Of a stretch of 21,582 bases of DNA, positions 1-9,370 are shown piece after piece (within the stretch, counting starts at the first letter, position 1; each line of letters opens with the position of its first letter). The DNA is from Macrostomum lignano (taxonomy: Eukaryota). Below the pieces are notes generated by a model that did not search any database, was not told the origin of the DNA, and was given only the letters and a program-made list of their open reading frames with translations. The position numbers and the translations under genes were made by a program. Location of the stretch: contig NIVC01005203.1 of NCBI GenBank assembly GCA_002269645.1, forward strand, positions 1-21,582. Direction: 5' to 3'.

Positions 1-37
1 TAATTTAATCTGCCCTTTCATTTTCACTTTCCAAAAG

Positions 38-253
38 GCGCCGTCCGCAACAAGAAGCTGGAGGGCGCCATCAGCCGACGCTTTGAGCTGACTGACAAGT
101 CTACGGAATCGGTGGCTGCCACCAAACAGCGAGCCGGAGCCGAAGATCAAAGGCAAGCAGCTCGAGCACGTCAGCGAAGGCTGGCTGGTGGCCTACGCAT
201 GCGTGTTCTTGGCCTTGGCCGCCGCCTTCTGGGCTGGTCTGTGGATGCACTGA
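38..253 (+). CDS. Probable terminal exon of a host gene with a C-terminal transmembrane helix (one apparent +1 frameshift at A3, 124-126)
   Basis: Pyrimidine-rich tract and AAG|G acceptor at 35-38, followed by a GC-rich segment. It reads AVRNKKLEGAISRRFELTDKSTESVAAT in one frame and SEPEPKIKGKQLEHVSEGWLVAYACVFLALAAAFWAGLWMH* (stop 251-253) in the next. Product not recognised. Confidence 0.4.
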
Positions 254-907
254 GCTGAACTGCGTTCAAAGAGAAGCTGCTGCTGTGTCTGAAGCTCGAA
301 AATCAACTGTTCAAATATTTGATTGAATGACTGTGAAGGACGTTCGATGGATTGAGACAGCGACGGGAGATGGCCTATGCGTTAGCCATGATGGCAGCCA
401 TTGTGCCTCATTTTCGAGTTCGAATTACTGGAATTAGTGGTGTTAACAGTAGCCGACTGTATAAACCAGCCTAATGGAGGCCTCGAGTATGAAAGTTTTA
501 AATAAGATTAATTTTTTATTCGAAAATAATGCGTTTTTGTTATTCGAAATGTCCAGATATTTTCACAGAAAACTAAGCTTTACTATTCCTAGCTAACATG
601 CTTATACCCACAGAATACAACTGGTGCAGTTGTATGTAGAGATTTTATATAGCTAAATTGTGACTTTTTTAATCATAACAATCGTCAATAGACTAGATTT
701 TTAATGGGTAATCAGTGCTAAAATGCACAGCAAATTGCAGAAATGAAATTTTGCCTGAAATTTTTATTAGTATCGCGGCGGAGCCGCCTATACATATACT
801 ATTTCTAGAATTCTTAAGAATGTCATGTAGCTAATCATGACAATGTAGCCTATTACACTGTTAAAACTTACAATATTTATTAATCAATACAAATACAGCG
901 ATATATT

Positions 908-958
908 CTATCTATCTAAATCTAAGCTGTCTCTGTCTATCTGTCTGTCTGTCTGTGC
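908..958. repeat. Degenerate TCTA/TCTG microsatellite
   Basis: tatctatctatctaaatct...tctatctgtctgtctgtctgtg. Confidence 0.7.
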
Positions 959-1766
959 GATAAATAGAAAAAAACGGCTCAACCGATTTCCACCAAACTT
1001 GCACCATTCGATCAGAAATTTCTCCATGACGGTACATGGGGTCGTGGCTAAGAAATTGCTCAATGCTAAAGGGATTAAATATTCGAAAAACGGTATTATC
1101 ACTATCTAATTAGTGTATTTTTCTTGCAGTGAGAGCTCAATACGTCAATGGCCATAGACTAAACTTCAATTCTTGAGCTGCTGCTGAGTTATAAATAGCT
1201 ATACCTAGCTTATTAAATTGTAATATTTATGAATATCTTTGTCTTTAACTTTAATTGTTTCAATCCGGAACTGATTGTTTGAATTAAAGTCGGGTGTTAC
1301 TAAAGTGCATAATCACTTGAACAGAAATGCCTCAACGACATTGTAATTATACTTTTACCCAGACGCAATGAAAAAATATTTTGGCCATTATTCCACAGTT
1401 TTGATGTGTACCATAGACATTTGGATTGAAAAAATCCATCGCTCAGTATTTTTGTTAATAAATACAGAATAACAAGAAGTGAATGAACAAAAAGGAAAAA
1501 TCATTAAAACTAAAGTACCAGCTACACGAAAAGAGTTAATAATAAATGTCACAGCTAGTGCAGTTTATCAGTTTGTAGTCGAAATTTGACAATGTAAAAA
1601 TCAATTTGTCACCCAAAGTGAAACATGCACAGTTCTCAAAGCCGCAGTTTCCAAAGATGCTCGACACTTTAGCCTGATGATTTGGCACTGCAAAAGGAGT
1701 TGGTCTATGTTGAATGTTTTCTATGAAAGAGGAATACAGGTGCTCAAGTATAGTTGCCGAACTTAC

Positions 1767-2000
1767 CATTTGAAAGATGCACGTCTTGGTTAAATTGGCA
1801 TGCGACTGATGAGCTTCGTCTGATGAGCTTCTTTGGTACTGCAGTATCCAAGCTGGGATTCTTTGGGACTGTCGGCTGCTCGACTGAATCGATTGGCCGC
1901 TTTCAGGCATCGTTTATAGCCGTCGAGGCGTTGAAGACTGCATGGTCGCGTTTTCTTCCTGCGGTAGCGGTGCGGTGCGGTAGCGCCGCACGGTTCGTTC
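1767..2000 (-). other. Possible host exon (GC-rich, Cys-containing; 5' boundary approximate)
   Basis: Minus-strand GC-rich segment ending at the consensus donor AATG|GTAAGT (1767/1766). One frame contains RPCSLQRLDGYKRCLK. Confidence 0.25.
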
Positions 2001-2335
2001 AGTCGTCGACAGGAAGATTTTTTCAATTAATAAGCGCGGCTGTTTGACGAGATGCACCAGCCATGGTTGTTTGACAAGACAAATAGCTTTTTCTCCCACT
2101 ACTCGCTTTCCTGATTTCTTGCAAGACGCAAGCGAAATCAGCACTCATCACAGTGTTGTCTATGGTCAAACTAAGCCACACAACTCAGTCGTCTATGAAT
2201 AAAACAACTCTTAAAACAGCCAATTGAAGCATGATAAAAAGTGTGGAATGATGACAGCGACAAAAGTGTGGAATAATGGCCGCAAAAGTGTGGAATAATG
2301 ACTGAGCGCTGAGTGAAAGTATAAATACAATGCAC

Positions 2336-2440
2336 TTGTATAGTATGCAACTGAGTTGAATAATGGCCAAAACTCGAGTGCGCGTAGCGTAGCGCACGAG
2401 TGTCTATGGCCATTATTCAACTCAGTTGCATACTATACAA
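2336..2440. mobile_element. 105-bp foldback / MITE-like element
   Basis: Perfect 34-bp inverted arms: 2336-2369 (ttgtatagtatgcaactgagttgaataatggcca) and 2407-2440. The 37-bp spacer is itself partly self-complementary. Confidence 0.6.
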
Positions 2441-2463
2441 TCTACCATTGTGCTAGGTTTAAG

Positions 2464-2695
2464 AGGGAATTGCTGAGATGTCAAGGCTTAATGGGAAATT
2501 GCTAATATGTCAAGGCTTATAGCTAGGGGAATTGCTGGGATGTCAAGGCTTACAGCTGGGGGAATTGCTAAGATGTCAAGGCTTATGGGGAATTGCTGAG
2601 ATGTCAAGGCTTATGGGGAATTGCTGGGATGTCAAGGCTTATGGGGAATTTCTAAGATGTCAAGGCTTGTGGGATTGTTGAGATGCCAAGGCTTA
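2464..2695. repeat. Host minisatellite, 28-bp core unit (some 33-bp variants), 8 copies
   Basis: Unit ggggaattgctgagatgtcaaggcttat; caaggctt occurs 8 times. Confidence 0.9.
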
Positions 2696-3910
2696 CTGGA
2701 AGCATCGCATGGGTCTATTCTTTAATTTAAGCAATATTTTCATTTTCTTTTTTGCACTCCCCGAACGGGCTGGATTGCTAGTACCTAACTAAATCAAACT
2801 TGCTTATCTTTCTACTAAACTGTGTGGAAGTGCAGAACTTTAAATTGGAGGTGTGTGAATGGGTTTTATCGGAATTTAGCTTACTCGTTTGTTAGCCTAA
2901 AATATCCGATAATCACTTGTCAGCTCTTTTTGCATATGCTACAACTATAAAATCCTAATGTACGCAATTAGTCATAAATTCATTGCAAACGTGCGAAACG
3001 TCTTATTGAACAGTTGTTTAATTGAATCCTGTAGAAACTACATGGGGCAGTTTATCTTGTGTAAAATGCATTTGCTTTCTACAGTGACTATAGCTGCTTC
3101 TCAAGTACGCAGAGGCAGGGACGATACAAATTTAGGGACCTTTTTCAAGCCCAGTGCGTATGAAGCTTTAAAATTTCTCGAAGATGGATCTCTGCGATTC
3201 CACGAAAGTGGACAGCAGCAGAGTTGGAAAAGTTGCACAGCGATCCAAAGCACAAATACCGCTTTGGATCTGCTTACTGCATTTTTCAGAAAGGCTATTT
3301 TTAACCAACTCTCGGGAATCCAACTCAAGCCGTAATCGCTCCGCATTTGCAAATGCAGATGGAGCAACCAAAGCAGCTGAAAAACTTCTGATGCCGTACT
3401 CAGCATCTTTCCGAACGCGCCATTCTACCCGAGCAAAACTGTTTCTGAGGAGCGACCTACCACCACGACACCTGCTCAGACTCGGCGAGAGAGGGCCATG
3501 TCTTACTACGAGGACGAGGCGGAAACCTTGCTCGAAACCGATGTCATTGGGGGCTTCTATGATCTACTGGCGTTCGAGTTTCCCGCCACAATGGGTTTTA
3601 AAATCTTTTTTTCCGCGCTAAAAGAAAGAACAGTTTTGTTAATAATGCTACTCAACCTTGGGAATCATAAAATTCTGAATGTTTTGCGTTGAATGTTGCA
3701 AACCGAATCTTTCTATGCCTTTTACTTACAAAGTTATCAGCCATAGTTCAAATGAAAAATAGTTGCATTTTCCTATTCTCTCACTGCATTTGTATTCGGC
3801 TTTTACCTATAAACTTGTAAGCATTGCTTTGAGTAGTGTCCCTTTCTTGGGAGCGCAGCGAGCCAATTGTATTCTCTGGCAGAGGGTAAAAGAAAAAAAG
3901 AGGAGAGGTC

Positions 3911-4181
3911 TGTAGTAGGGCGAATTATGATACTGCCGCACTAGCACTGGCGAGATAGGCGGCAATGCAAATGTATAGGGAAAAATACACTGCGGAGATA
4001 TGAGCCCTATCTCTGTGCATTGGGGACGGCTAAGCACTGCAGAGATATGAGCTCTATCTCTGTGCATTGGGGACGGCTAAGCACTGCAGAGATATGAGCT
4101 CTATCTCTGTGCATTGGGGACGGCTAAGCACTGCAGAGATATGAGCTCTATCTCTGTGCATTGGGGACGGCTAAGCACTGC
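3911..4181 (+). repeat. Left terminal inverted repeat (271 bp)
   Basis: Reverse complement of 20671-20940 with 4 differences: terminal T vs A, a 1-nt indel in cgaat(t)atga, atgtat/cagg, and one substitution in a 47-mer. Confidence 0.93.
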
Positions 4182-4250
4182 AGAGATATGAGCTCTATCT
4201 CTGTGCATTGGGGACGGCTAAGCACTGCAGAGATATGAGCTCTATCTCTG
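3990..4250. repeat. 47-bp tandem array in the left end (5 full units + 26 bp)
   Basis: Unit ctgcagagatatgagctctatctctgtgcattggggacggctaagca starts at 3990, 4037, 4084, 4131, 4178 and 4225. Confidence 0.95.
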
Positions 4251-4251
4251 C

Positions 4252-4484
4252 TTAACACAGGAGTGATAGGAGAAGAGGCGGCCTATTTCTTTACACTGGA
4301 GATGGTTAACACTGCAGAGATAGGAGGAGAGGCGGCCTATCTCTTTGCATTGGGGGTGGTTAACACTGCAGAGATAGGAGGAGAGGCGGCCTATCTCTTT
4401 GCATTGGGGGTGGTTAACACTGCAGAGATAGGAGGAGAGGCGGCCTATCTCTTTGCATTGGGGGTGGTTAACACTGCAGAGATA
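4252..4484. repeat. 54-bp tandem array (1 degenerate + 3 identical units + partial)
   Basis: Unit ttaacactgcagagataggaggagaggcggcctatctctttgcattgggggtgg starts at 4252, 4306, 4360, 4414 and 4468. Confidence 0.93.
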
Positions 4485-4579
4485 AGATGTTAATCTATGT
4501 AATTGGAAATAATGTTTGCGAAAGAGCCAATCACAGAGCCCGGAGTGGGATGGGTGGTTTGGGGTGGTTCGGTCGAGGG

Positions 4580-4588
4580 TATATAAGC
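4580..4588 (+). promoter_or_regulatory. TATA box (TATATAAGC), left-arm promoter
   Basis: Preceded by G-rich GGGTGG boxes (4543-4567), followed by an Inr-like TCAATT at 4613, and 112 bp upstream of the first ATG (4692). Confidence 0.6.
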
Positions 4589-4691
4589 CCCGAAATTGAC
4601 AAGGAAGAATTCTCAATTTTTCAAATCCAAAATTTCATCCGAAATTTTCCTCAGCTTTTAACTTTTGTGAGTTTTCAATTGCGAAAGGAAA

Positions 4692-5468
4692 ATGGACATC
4701 TGTGAAGGCTATAAGGCACAAGTCCAGGAGTTTGAAGGACAAAAATTTATCGCTATTCGCAAATTTTACCGACACGGCAGCACGGCAAGTCTGAAGCCAG
4801 GCGTCCCAGGATTCAACCTGAATGTTCACCAATGGAAGAAATTGAAGGAGGTGAAACGCTCACTTGTGATTTCTGCACGCAACAACGAGCCCAAGGTCGT
4901 GAAACTCGGCTTCGATAAGTTTGTGGAAGTCAAAGGCGGCATCATTTGGCTCAAACGGCTGCCGGAAGATTGCTGCGAGGAGTTTTTGAGACGAAACGCC
5001 GTACCACTGACTCCGCCGCTGTGGCAGAAGCTCTGGAAAATCGCCTCCTGGATCGACGGTCAGCTGGTGGCTCCCTTGAGGAACACAATGCAGTACGAGC
5101 TGGAGTCTGATGAGGAAGAGGAGGAAGAGGACAAGAAGCTCAAGTTGGAGGCTGACCAGGACACGAAGCCCATAATGGAGACTGATGAGGGCGGAGATCA
5201 TGCTGATGACGAGGACGTTAGCTCGCCCACAAGGCCGCGCATTGTGACTGAGCCAATCACATCCACACCGATACCTTCGGTTGATTCTGATGCTGGACTG
5301 CTTCCGCAGCGGGACACCAACCTTGAGGAAGATCCGGTGTGGTATCAGTTCAGGGCGCATGCAGCGGCTTCGACGGTGAGCAGCAGCAGCAGGAAGCGAA
5401 AGCTGCCATTTCAACTTCGTCGGCAGGACGCGATGAGGCTGCAGCCCAATGTTCGCTTTGATAACTGA
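4692..5468 (+). CDS. Tandem PC4/Sub1-like ssDNA-binding protein with acidic, disordered C-terminus (258 aa)
   Basis: Domain 1 (YKAQVQEFEGQKFIAIRKFY...LKPGVPGFNLNVHQWKKLKE) matches the PC4 pattern VSVRxFxGKxxIDIRExY...KPGxKGISLxxEQWxxL. A second degenerate copy follows (LGFDKFVEV...IWLKR...VPLTPPLWQKL...IDGQL), then a poly-Glu tract and an RKRK NLS-like motif. Confidence 0.8.
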   Translation: MDICEGYKAQVQEFEGQKFIAIRKFYRHGSTASLKPGVPGFNLNVHQWKKLKEVKRSLVISARNNEPKVVKLGFDKFVEVKGGIIWLKRLPEDCCEEFLRRNAVPLTPPLWQKLWKIASWIDGQLVAPLRNTMQYELESDEEEEEEDKKLKLEADQDTKPIMETDEGGDHADDEDVSSPTRPRIVTEPITSTPIPSVDSDAGLLPQRDTNLEEDPVWYQFRAHAAASTVSSSSRKRKLPFQLRRQDAMRLQPNVRFDN

Positions 5469-5717
5469 ACAGCTAGAATGCTTTGAATGCATTGGACTAA
5501 CTAAATTACTTTTAGCTTGCACATGATTATCCAGCCTGACGGCACTATGCTGTTTTTTATCTCTGCTATTTCTGAAATGCTGGTGTGCGAGTGTTTTAGT
5601 GTTCGTTTTTATGGATTGTTTGCTTTCGGAAAATACACCGACTGTTACGATGTTAGAGGTTTCAATCTGACAGTAATAAATTAATTTGCCACTCGTTTCT
5701 CTATCATTTAATTGGAA

Positions 5718-5723
5718 TATAAA
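5718..5723 (+). promoter_or_regulatory. Possible TATA box upstream of the integrase
   Basis: TATAAA about 65 bp before ATG 5789, just downstream of an AATAAA (5675-5680) that could terminate the PC4 transcript. The AT-rich context makes a chance occurrence possible. Confidence 0.3.
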
Positions 5724-5788
5724 TTTCTACTTAAGAAAAAATACTGTACAGCTAGAGCAGGTGGATAGGCACGTATCTTGATAAACCC

Positions 5789-6859
5789 ATGATGGAGAAA
5801 ATTTATTTGAAACCTGAGCAACCGGCTAGTTTTTCTTGTGCCTCAAAGTTGCTGCATGAAGTGAGGCAAAGAGGTGATCGAATATCTGCAAAGAGCATTG
5901 AGCAGTGGCTCAGCGAGCAGCCAGTGCACACTCTGCACAAGCCAGCTAGGAGGCGATATCCAAGGGCCCCAATCATAGTGCGCGCAATCGATGATCAGTG
6001 GGAACTTGACTTAGTGGAAATGATTCCATTCGCAAAGCATAATAAAGGCTACAAATATATTCTCACATGCATTGACGTGCTCTCAAAATGTGCTTGGGCC
6101 AAGGCACTGAAAAATAAATCTGCTGCAGAAGTGAAGTCAGCATTCGAGAGCATACTGAGAAGTTCAAAGCGCCAGCCACGCACAGTTCGCACAGATCAGG
6201 GGAAGGAATTTATCAACTCCACTTTCCGTCAATACTGCATTGACAGAGGGATTCTGGCTTTCCCAACTAACAGCGAGCAGAAGGCAGCTGTCATTGAGCG
6301 ATGGAATCGAACTCTGAAAAGTAGAATGTGGCGCTACTTCACCTACAAGAGCACACTGCACTGGCTTGATGTGCTGCCTAAGCTGGTAAAATCCTACAAC
6401 AATACCTACCACAGAAGCATCAAAATGGCACCCACTAGTGTCTGCAAAGAGAATGAATCTGAAGTGTGGATGAACCTGTACGATGGAAAAGCAGTCGAGA
6501 CTCTAGAAAAATTAAAGAAGCCTAAGTTCGCTGAAAACCAGTCAGTGAGAATTTCCAATGCTCCACGGATATTCAAAAAGGGATACAAAGCGAGCTGGAG
6601 TGAGGAAGTGTACACCGTGGTGAGCAGAGCCCCAAAACATTATCCCTACATGTACAAGATTAAAGACATGCGGGGGCAAGAGATTCGAGGACTCTTCCAT
6701 GAGCACGAGCTGCAGGCTGTCCCGGACTCACAGCGGCTGTATGTGATTGAGAAGATCCTGAAAACGGAGAAGCGGAAGGGAAAAATTCGCTATCTGGTGA
6801 AATGGGCGGGCTACGACTCGACTGGCTGGGTGGATGAAAAAGACTTAAGAAAGGTTTAG
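5789..6859 (+). CDS. INT: Polinton retroviral-type (rve/DDE) integrase with C-terminal chromodomain (356 aa)
   Basis: Catalytic D (WELDLVEM), D (VRTDQGKEF) and E (VIERWNRTLK). Chromodomain YVIEKIL...YLVKWAGY retains the three aromatic cage residues. Confidence 0.95.
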   Translation: MMEKIYLKPEQPASFSCASKLLHEVRQRGDRISAKSIEQWLSEQPVHTLHKPARRRYPRAPIIVRAIDDQWELDLVEMIPFAKHNKGYKYILTCIDVLSKCAWAKALKNKSAAEVKSAFESILRSSKRQPRTVRTDQGKEFINSTFRQYCIDRGILAFPTNSEQKAAVIERWNRTLKSRMWRYFTYKSTLHWLDVLPKLVKSYNNTYHRSIKMAPTSVCKENESEVWMNLYDGKAVETLEKLKKPKFAENQSVRISNAPRIFKKGYKASWSEEVYTVVSRAPKHYPYMYKIKDMRGQEIRGLFHEHELQAVPDSQRLYVIEKILKTEKRKGKIRYLVKWAGYDSTGWVDEKDLRKV

Positions 6860-6887
6860 CTTTGGCACAGCCCTCATCATGTAGTTT

Positions 6888-7706
6888 ATGATTATAATGC
6901 GAACTATTTTGATTAACAGTGAGCATGCTGAAGGTACTCCTAGTGACTTTAATTTTTACCTGCCTTCACCTATTTACTTGGATCGAAATGTGGACTATGA
7001 GGCAGGTCTGGCTGAAATCCATCTGCCTGCTGCATGGTTCAATGTTGACGAGCCTTACTGCTTCACTGTCTCAGATGGAAGAGAGCATGAGGCCCTGGTT
7101 CTTCAACCCGGACGCTTTGCTAGAGTGGAGGAGCTGGTGGAGCGCCTGAATGAGCTGCTGGCCAACTCTGATTCGCTGTTCTTTGATGCAATGAGTGACA
7201 GGGAGTCTGAGATGGAGGCTGATGAGTCCGGCCTGATGGGGCGTAGTGGCAACAGGGAATTTGGTATGAAGTTCGAAATCCGCAACTCACGAACTGTGGT
7301 GCACAACAACACTGCGAGAGCAGAGCTGTTTCTTCCATCTAGTAAAATTCTGCATTGGCTGGGATTTGGAAACCAGGCTGTGAAAATCCAGCCAGGGAGC
7401 CGCGTATCCGAGCATTGCATTGGCTGCCCGCGCACCAGCTTAATCAATGTGCACTGCAGTATCGTTGAGTCAACTAATTGCAACTGGAGCTCCTTGTTGA
7501 GAACAGTTGGAATGAAAGCTGGCATTGAATGGGGCAACTATCAAACAAAAATATTTAAGAAAACAATATTCTTCCCGATTCAACGAATCAGTCTTCTTCA
7601 CAGCATTCGAGTTCAGCTGCGGGACATCTATGGTTGCCCACTGATTGCACAGACTCACAGCCCTGTTCTGCTTACAGTTCAAATTCAGGAGAAACGCATT
7701 CAATGA
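6888..7706 (+). CDS. Minor capsid protein (penton, single jelly roll; Polinton PX) (272 aa)
   Basis: N-terminus SDFNFYLPSPIYL...YEAGLAEIHLPAAWFNV and C-terminus FFPI...SIRVQLRDIYGCPL fit the Polinton mCP pattern. Located between the integrase and MCP. Confidence 0.8.
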   Translation: MIIMRTILINSEHAEGTPSDFNFYLPSPIYLDRNVDYEAGLAEIHLPAAWFNVDEPYCFTVSDGREHEALVLQPGRFARVEELVERLNELLANSDSLFFDAMSDRESEMEADESGLMGRSGNREFGMKFEIRNSRTVVHNNTARAELFLPSSKILHWLGFGNQAVKIQPGSRVSEHCIGCPRTSLINVHCSIVESTNCNWSSLLRTVGMKAGIEWGNYQTKIFKKTIFFPIQRISLLHSIRVQLRDIYGCPLIAQTHSPVLLTVQIQEKRIQ

Positions 7707-8079
7707 ACTACCAGCAGCTAATCCAGCAATATTCGGGGTGAGGACAGGACACGAAAAGCCTGCACTCTATGGCTGTGGGAGCTTCCCAGGGATCATGACA
7801 TACCAGCCTCCGCCAGCGGCTATATCATCATCATCAGCCTCGACGCTTAGCAACGTCAGGCGCAAAAGAAATACTGAAGCAAGTCCGAAACGATTGAAGA
7901 AAAAGAAGGGCACCCGAAAGGCAACTGGTGGAAATCGCAGTAAGAGGTCGAGCAAGGCTAGTGGGAAAAAGCTTAAGAATAGGAAGACGAAAGCAAAGAA
8001 GAATAGAGCAGGCGGAGGAAAGCGAAAGCAAAAAGTCAGCAAGAAAACTGTGAAACGCGTGCTCGACTCTCTGTCATAG
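7703..8079 (+). CDS. Lys/Arg-rich core-like (pVII-like) protein, split by a -1 frameshift at G4 7735-7738
   Basis: ATG 7703 overlaps the mCP stop (ATGA). MNYQQLIQQYSG runs into the frame of ORF 7645-8079 if one G is added. Very basic C-terminal half; adenain-type site LYGC/G. Confidence 0.6.
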
Positions 8080-8081
8080 AC

Positions 8082-9365
8082 ATGGCTTACGGATTCAATC
8101 CCAGACTTGATTTATTTAAGACGCCCGTTCTACAAACCTGCATTGAAAAAGCTACTTATGTTGATATTCACCCAGTTAATTCCATTGTTGCAAACTCTCC
8201 CATTGAATTTGACTGCCACCAATCTGCCGATGAATATACAGATCTGCTTAATTCTTTTCTTTATATTCGCTGCCGCCTTGTGAGACTGGATGGGGGTTTG
8301 CTGAGGGAGGATGTTCGAGATGGAGATGGCATCATCACCGAGCGCAGAGACAGTGACGTGCACCCAGAAAATTTTGTTCTGTCTACAGCCTTCTCAGATG
8401 TAATTGTGAGCATTAACCAGCGAGTGGTGTCTGGTGGAGACCAGCTCTATCCCTACCATGCGTACTTCAAAGCACTAATGAGCTCATCCGATGCCCAGCA
8501 ACTAAAACTTTACCCTGCTGGCTTCCTGGAGCCGAACTCGGCAGCTGAAGAGCACACGGAGAGCCACAGGGAATCCCAATGGATGGAGTATGCGGGGCCG
8601 CTCTTCAGCGATGTTTTCCAGTGCCCAGTGTTTCTGCTAAGCAATCTGCACCTGCACATCAAACTGGTCCCCAGCGATGGGGCCTTTGCCATCAGAACCC
8701 CGAATGCAAACAACGCGGCATACCGAATGGAAATCTCTCACAGCATTCTGCATCTTCGCCGAGTCAAAGTGATGCCCCACATCAGCCTGGCCCATGAGCA
8801 GGGGCTGACAAACCAAAATGCACTGTATCCCATCGAGCGAACTGAAATGCAGAACTTCATCCTACCCCAGGGTATTCAGTCAAAAAACATTGAAGGATTC
8901 ACTCATGGAAAATTGCCGAAGTTCATCATGCTGGCCTTCGTGAGCCACCGAGCATTCAACGGTCATCATCACGCGAGCCCGTTACAGTTCCAGAGCTTCA
9001 ACCTTAGCCGATTGGCTCTAAAGAAAGGTGGGGAAACCGTGTGCCACGGCGCCTTCACACCTGAAAACAATTCCTTCGTAAGAGAATACTTGCACTACCT
9101 GAAAAGCTGTCAATCTGCAAGCCACACAAACTCGGTCCCGTGGATCCCCTACCAGCTCTTCTCCAACAACACCACGGTGTTTGCATTCGATCTCACACCC
9201 GAGGGAGCGGCTCTGTGGTACGGACAGAAGGAGGGCAACCTGCGGCTGGAGATTCGCTTCCAACAGGCTCTGAATGAAGCGGTGTCCCTGATTGCTATGT
9301 GCCTGTATGACTCGCTGATTGAGGTCACCAAGCACCGAGAGCTTTTGCTGGACTATTCCTCTTAA
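8082..9365 (+). CDS. MCP: Major capsid protein (double jelly roll; Polinton PY) (427 aa)
   Basis: LDLFKTPVLQTCIEKATYVDIHP...PIEF...YTDLLNSFLYI and GKLPKFIMLAFVSHRAFNG...PLQFQSFNL match Polinton MCP patterns. Confidence 0.92.
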   Translation: MAYGFNPRLDLFKTPVLQTCIEKATYVDIHPVNSIVANSPIEFDCHQSADEYTDLLNSFLYIRCRLVRLDGGLLREDVRDGDGIITERRDSDVHPENFVLSTAFSDVIVSINQRVVSGGDQLYPYHAYFKALMSSSDAQQLKLYPAGFLEPNSAAEEHTESHRESQWMEYAGPLFSDVFQCPVFLLSNLHLHIKLVPSDGAFAIRTPNANNAAYRMEISHSILHLRRVKVMPHISLAHEQGLTNQNALYPIERTEMQNFILPQGIQSKNIEGFTHGKLPKFIMLAFVSHRAFNGHHHASPLQFQSFNLSRLALKKGGETVCHGAFTPENNSFVREYLHYLKSCQSASHTNSVPWIPYQLFSNNTTVFAFDLTPEGAALWYGQKEGNLRLEIRFQQALNEAVSLIAMCLYDSLIEVTKHRELLLDYSS

Positions 9366-9370
9366 TTGAC

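Noticed and set aside
2958-3692. Cluster of + strand ORFs (2958-3335, 3184-3621, 3498-3692)
   Set aside because: Some stretches look coding (YYEDEAETLLETDVIGGFYDLLAFEF), but there is no recognisable domain or consistent exon model, so they are left uncalled.
3990-4484. CRISPR-like appearance of the regular palindromic repeats
   Set aside because: Units are head-to-tail with no unique spacers, there are no cas genes, and the context is a eukaryotic TIR.
3807-4616. ORFs 3807-4067, 4242-4616, 4263-4493 and the mirror ORF 20785-21081
   Set aside because: These are translations of TIR and tandem-repeat DNA crossing element boundaries; no coding evidence.
5789-6859. Integrase chromodomain as a novelty
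   Set aside because: Chromodomain-bearing integrases are a known Polinton feature.
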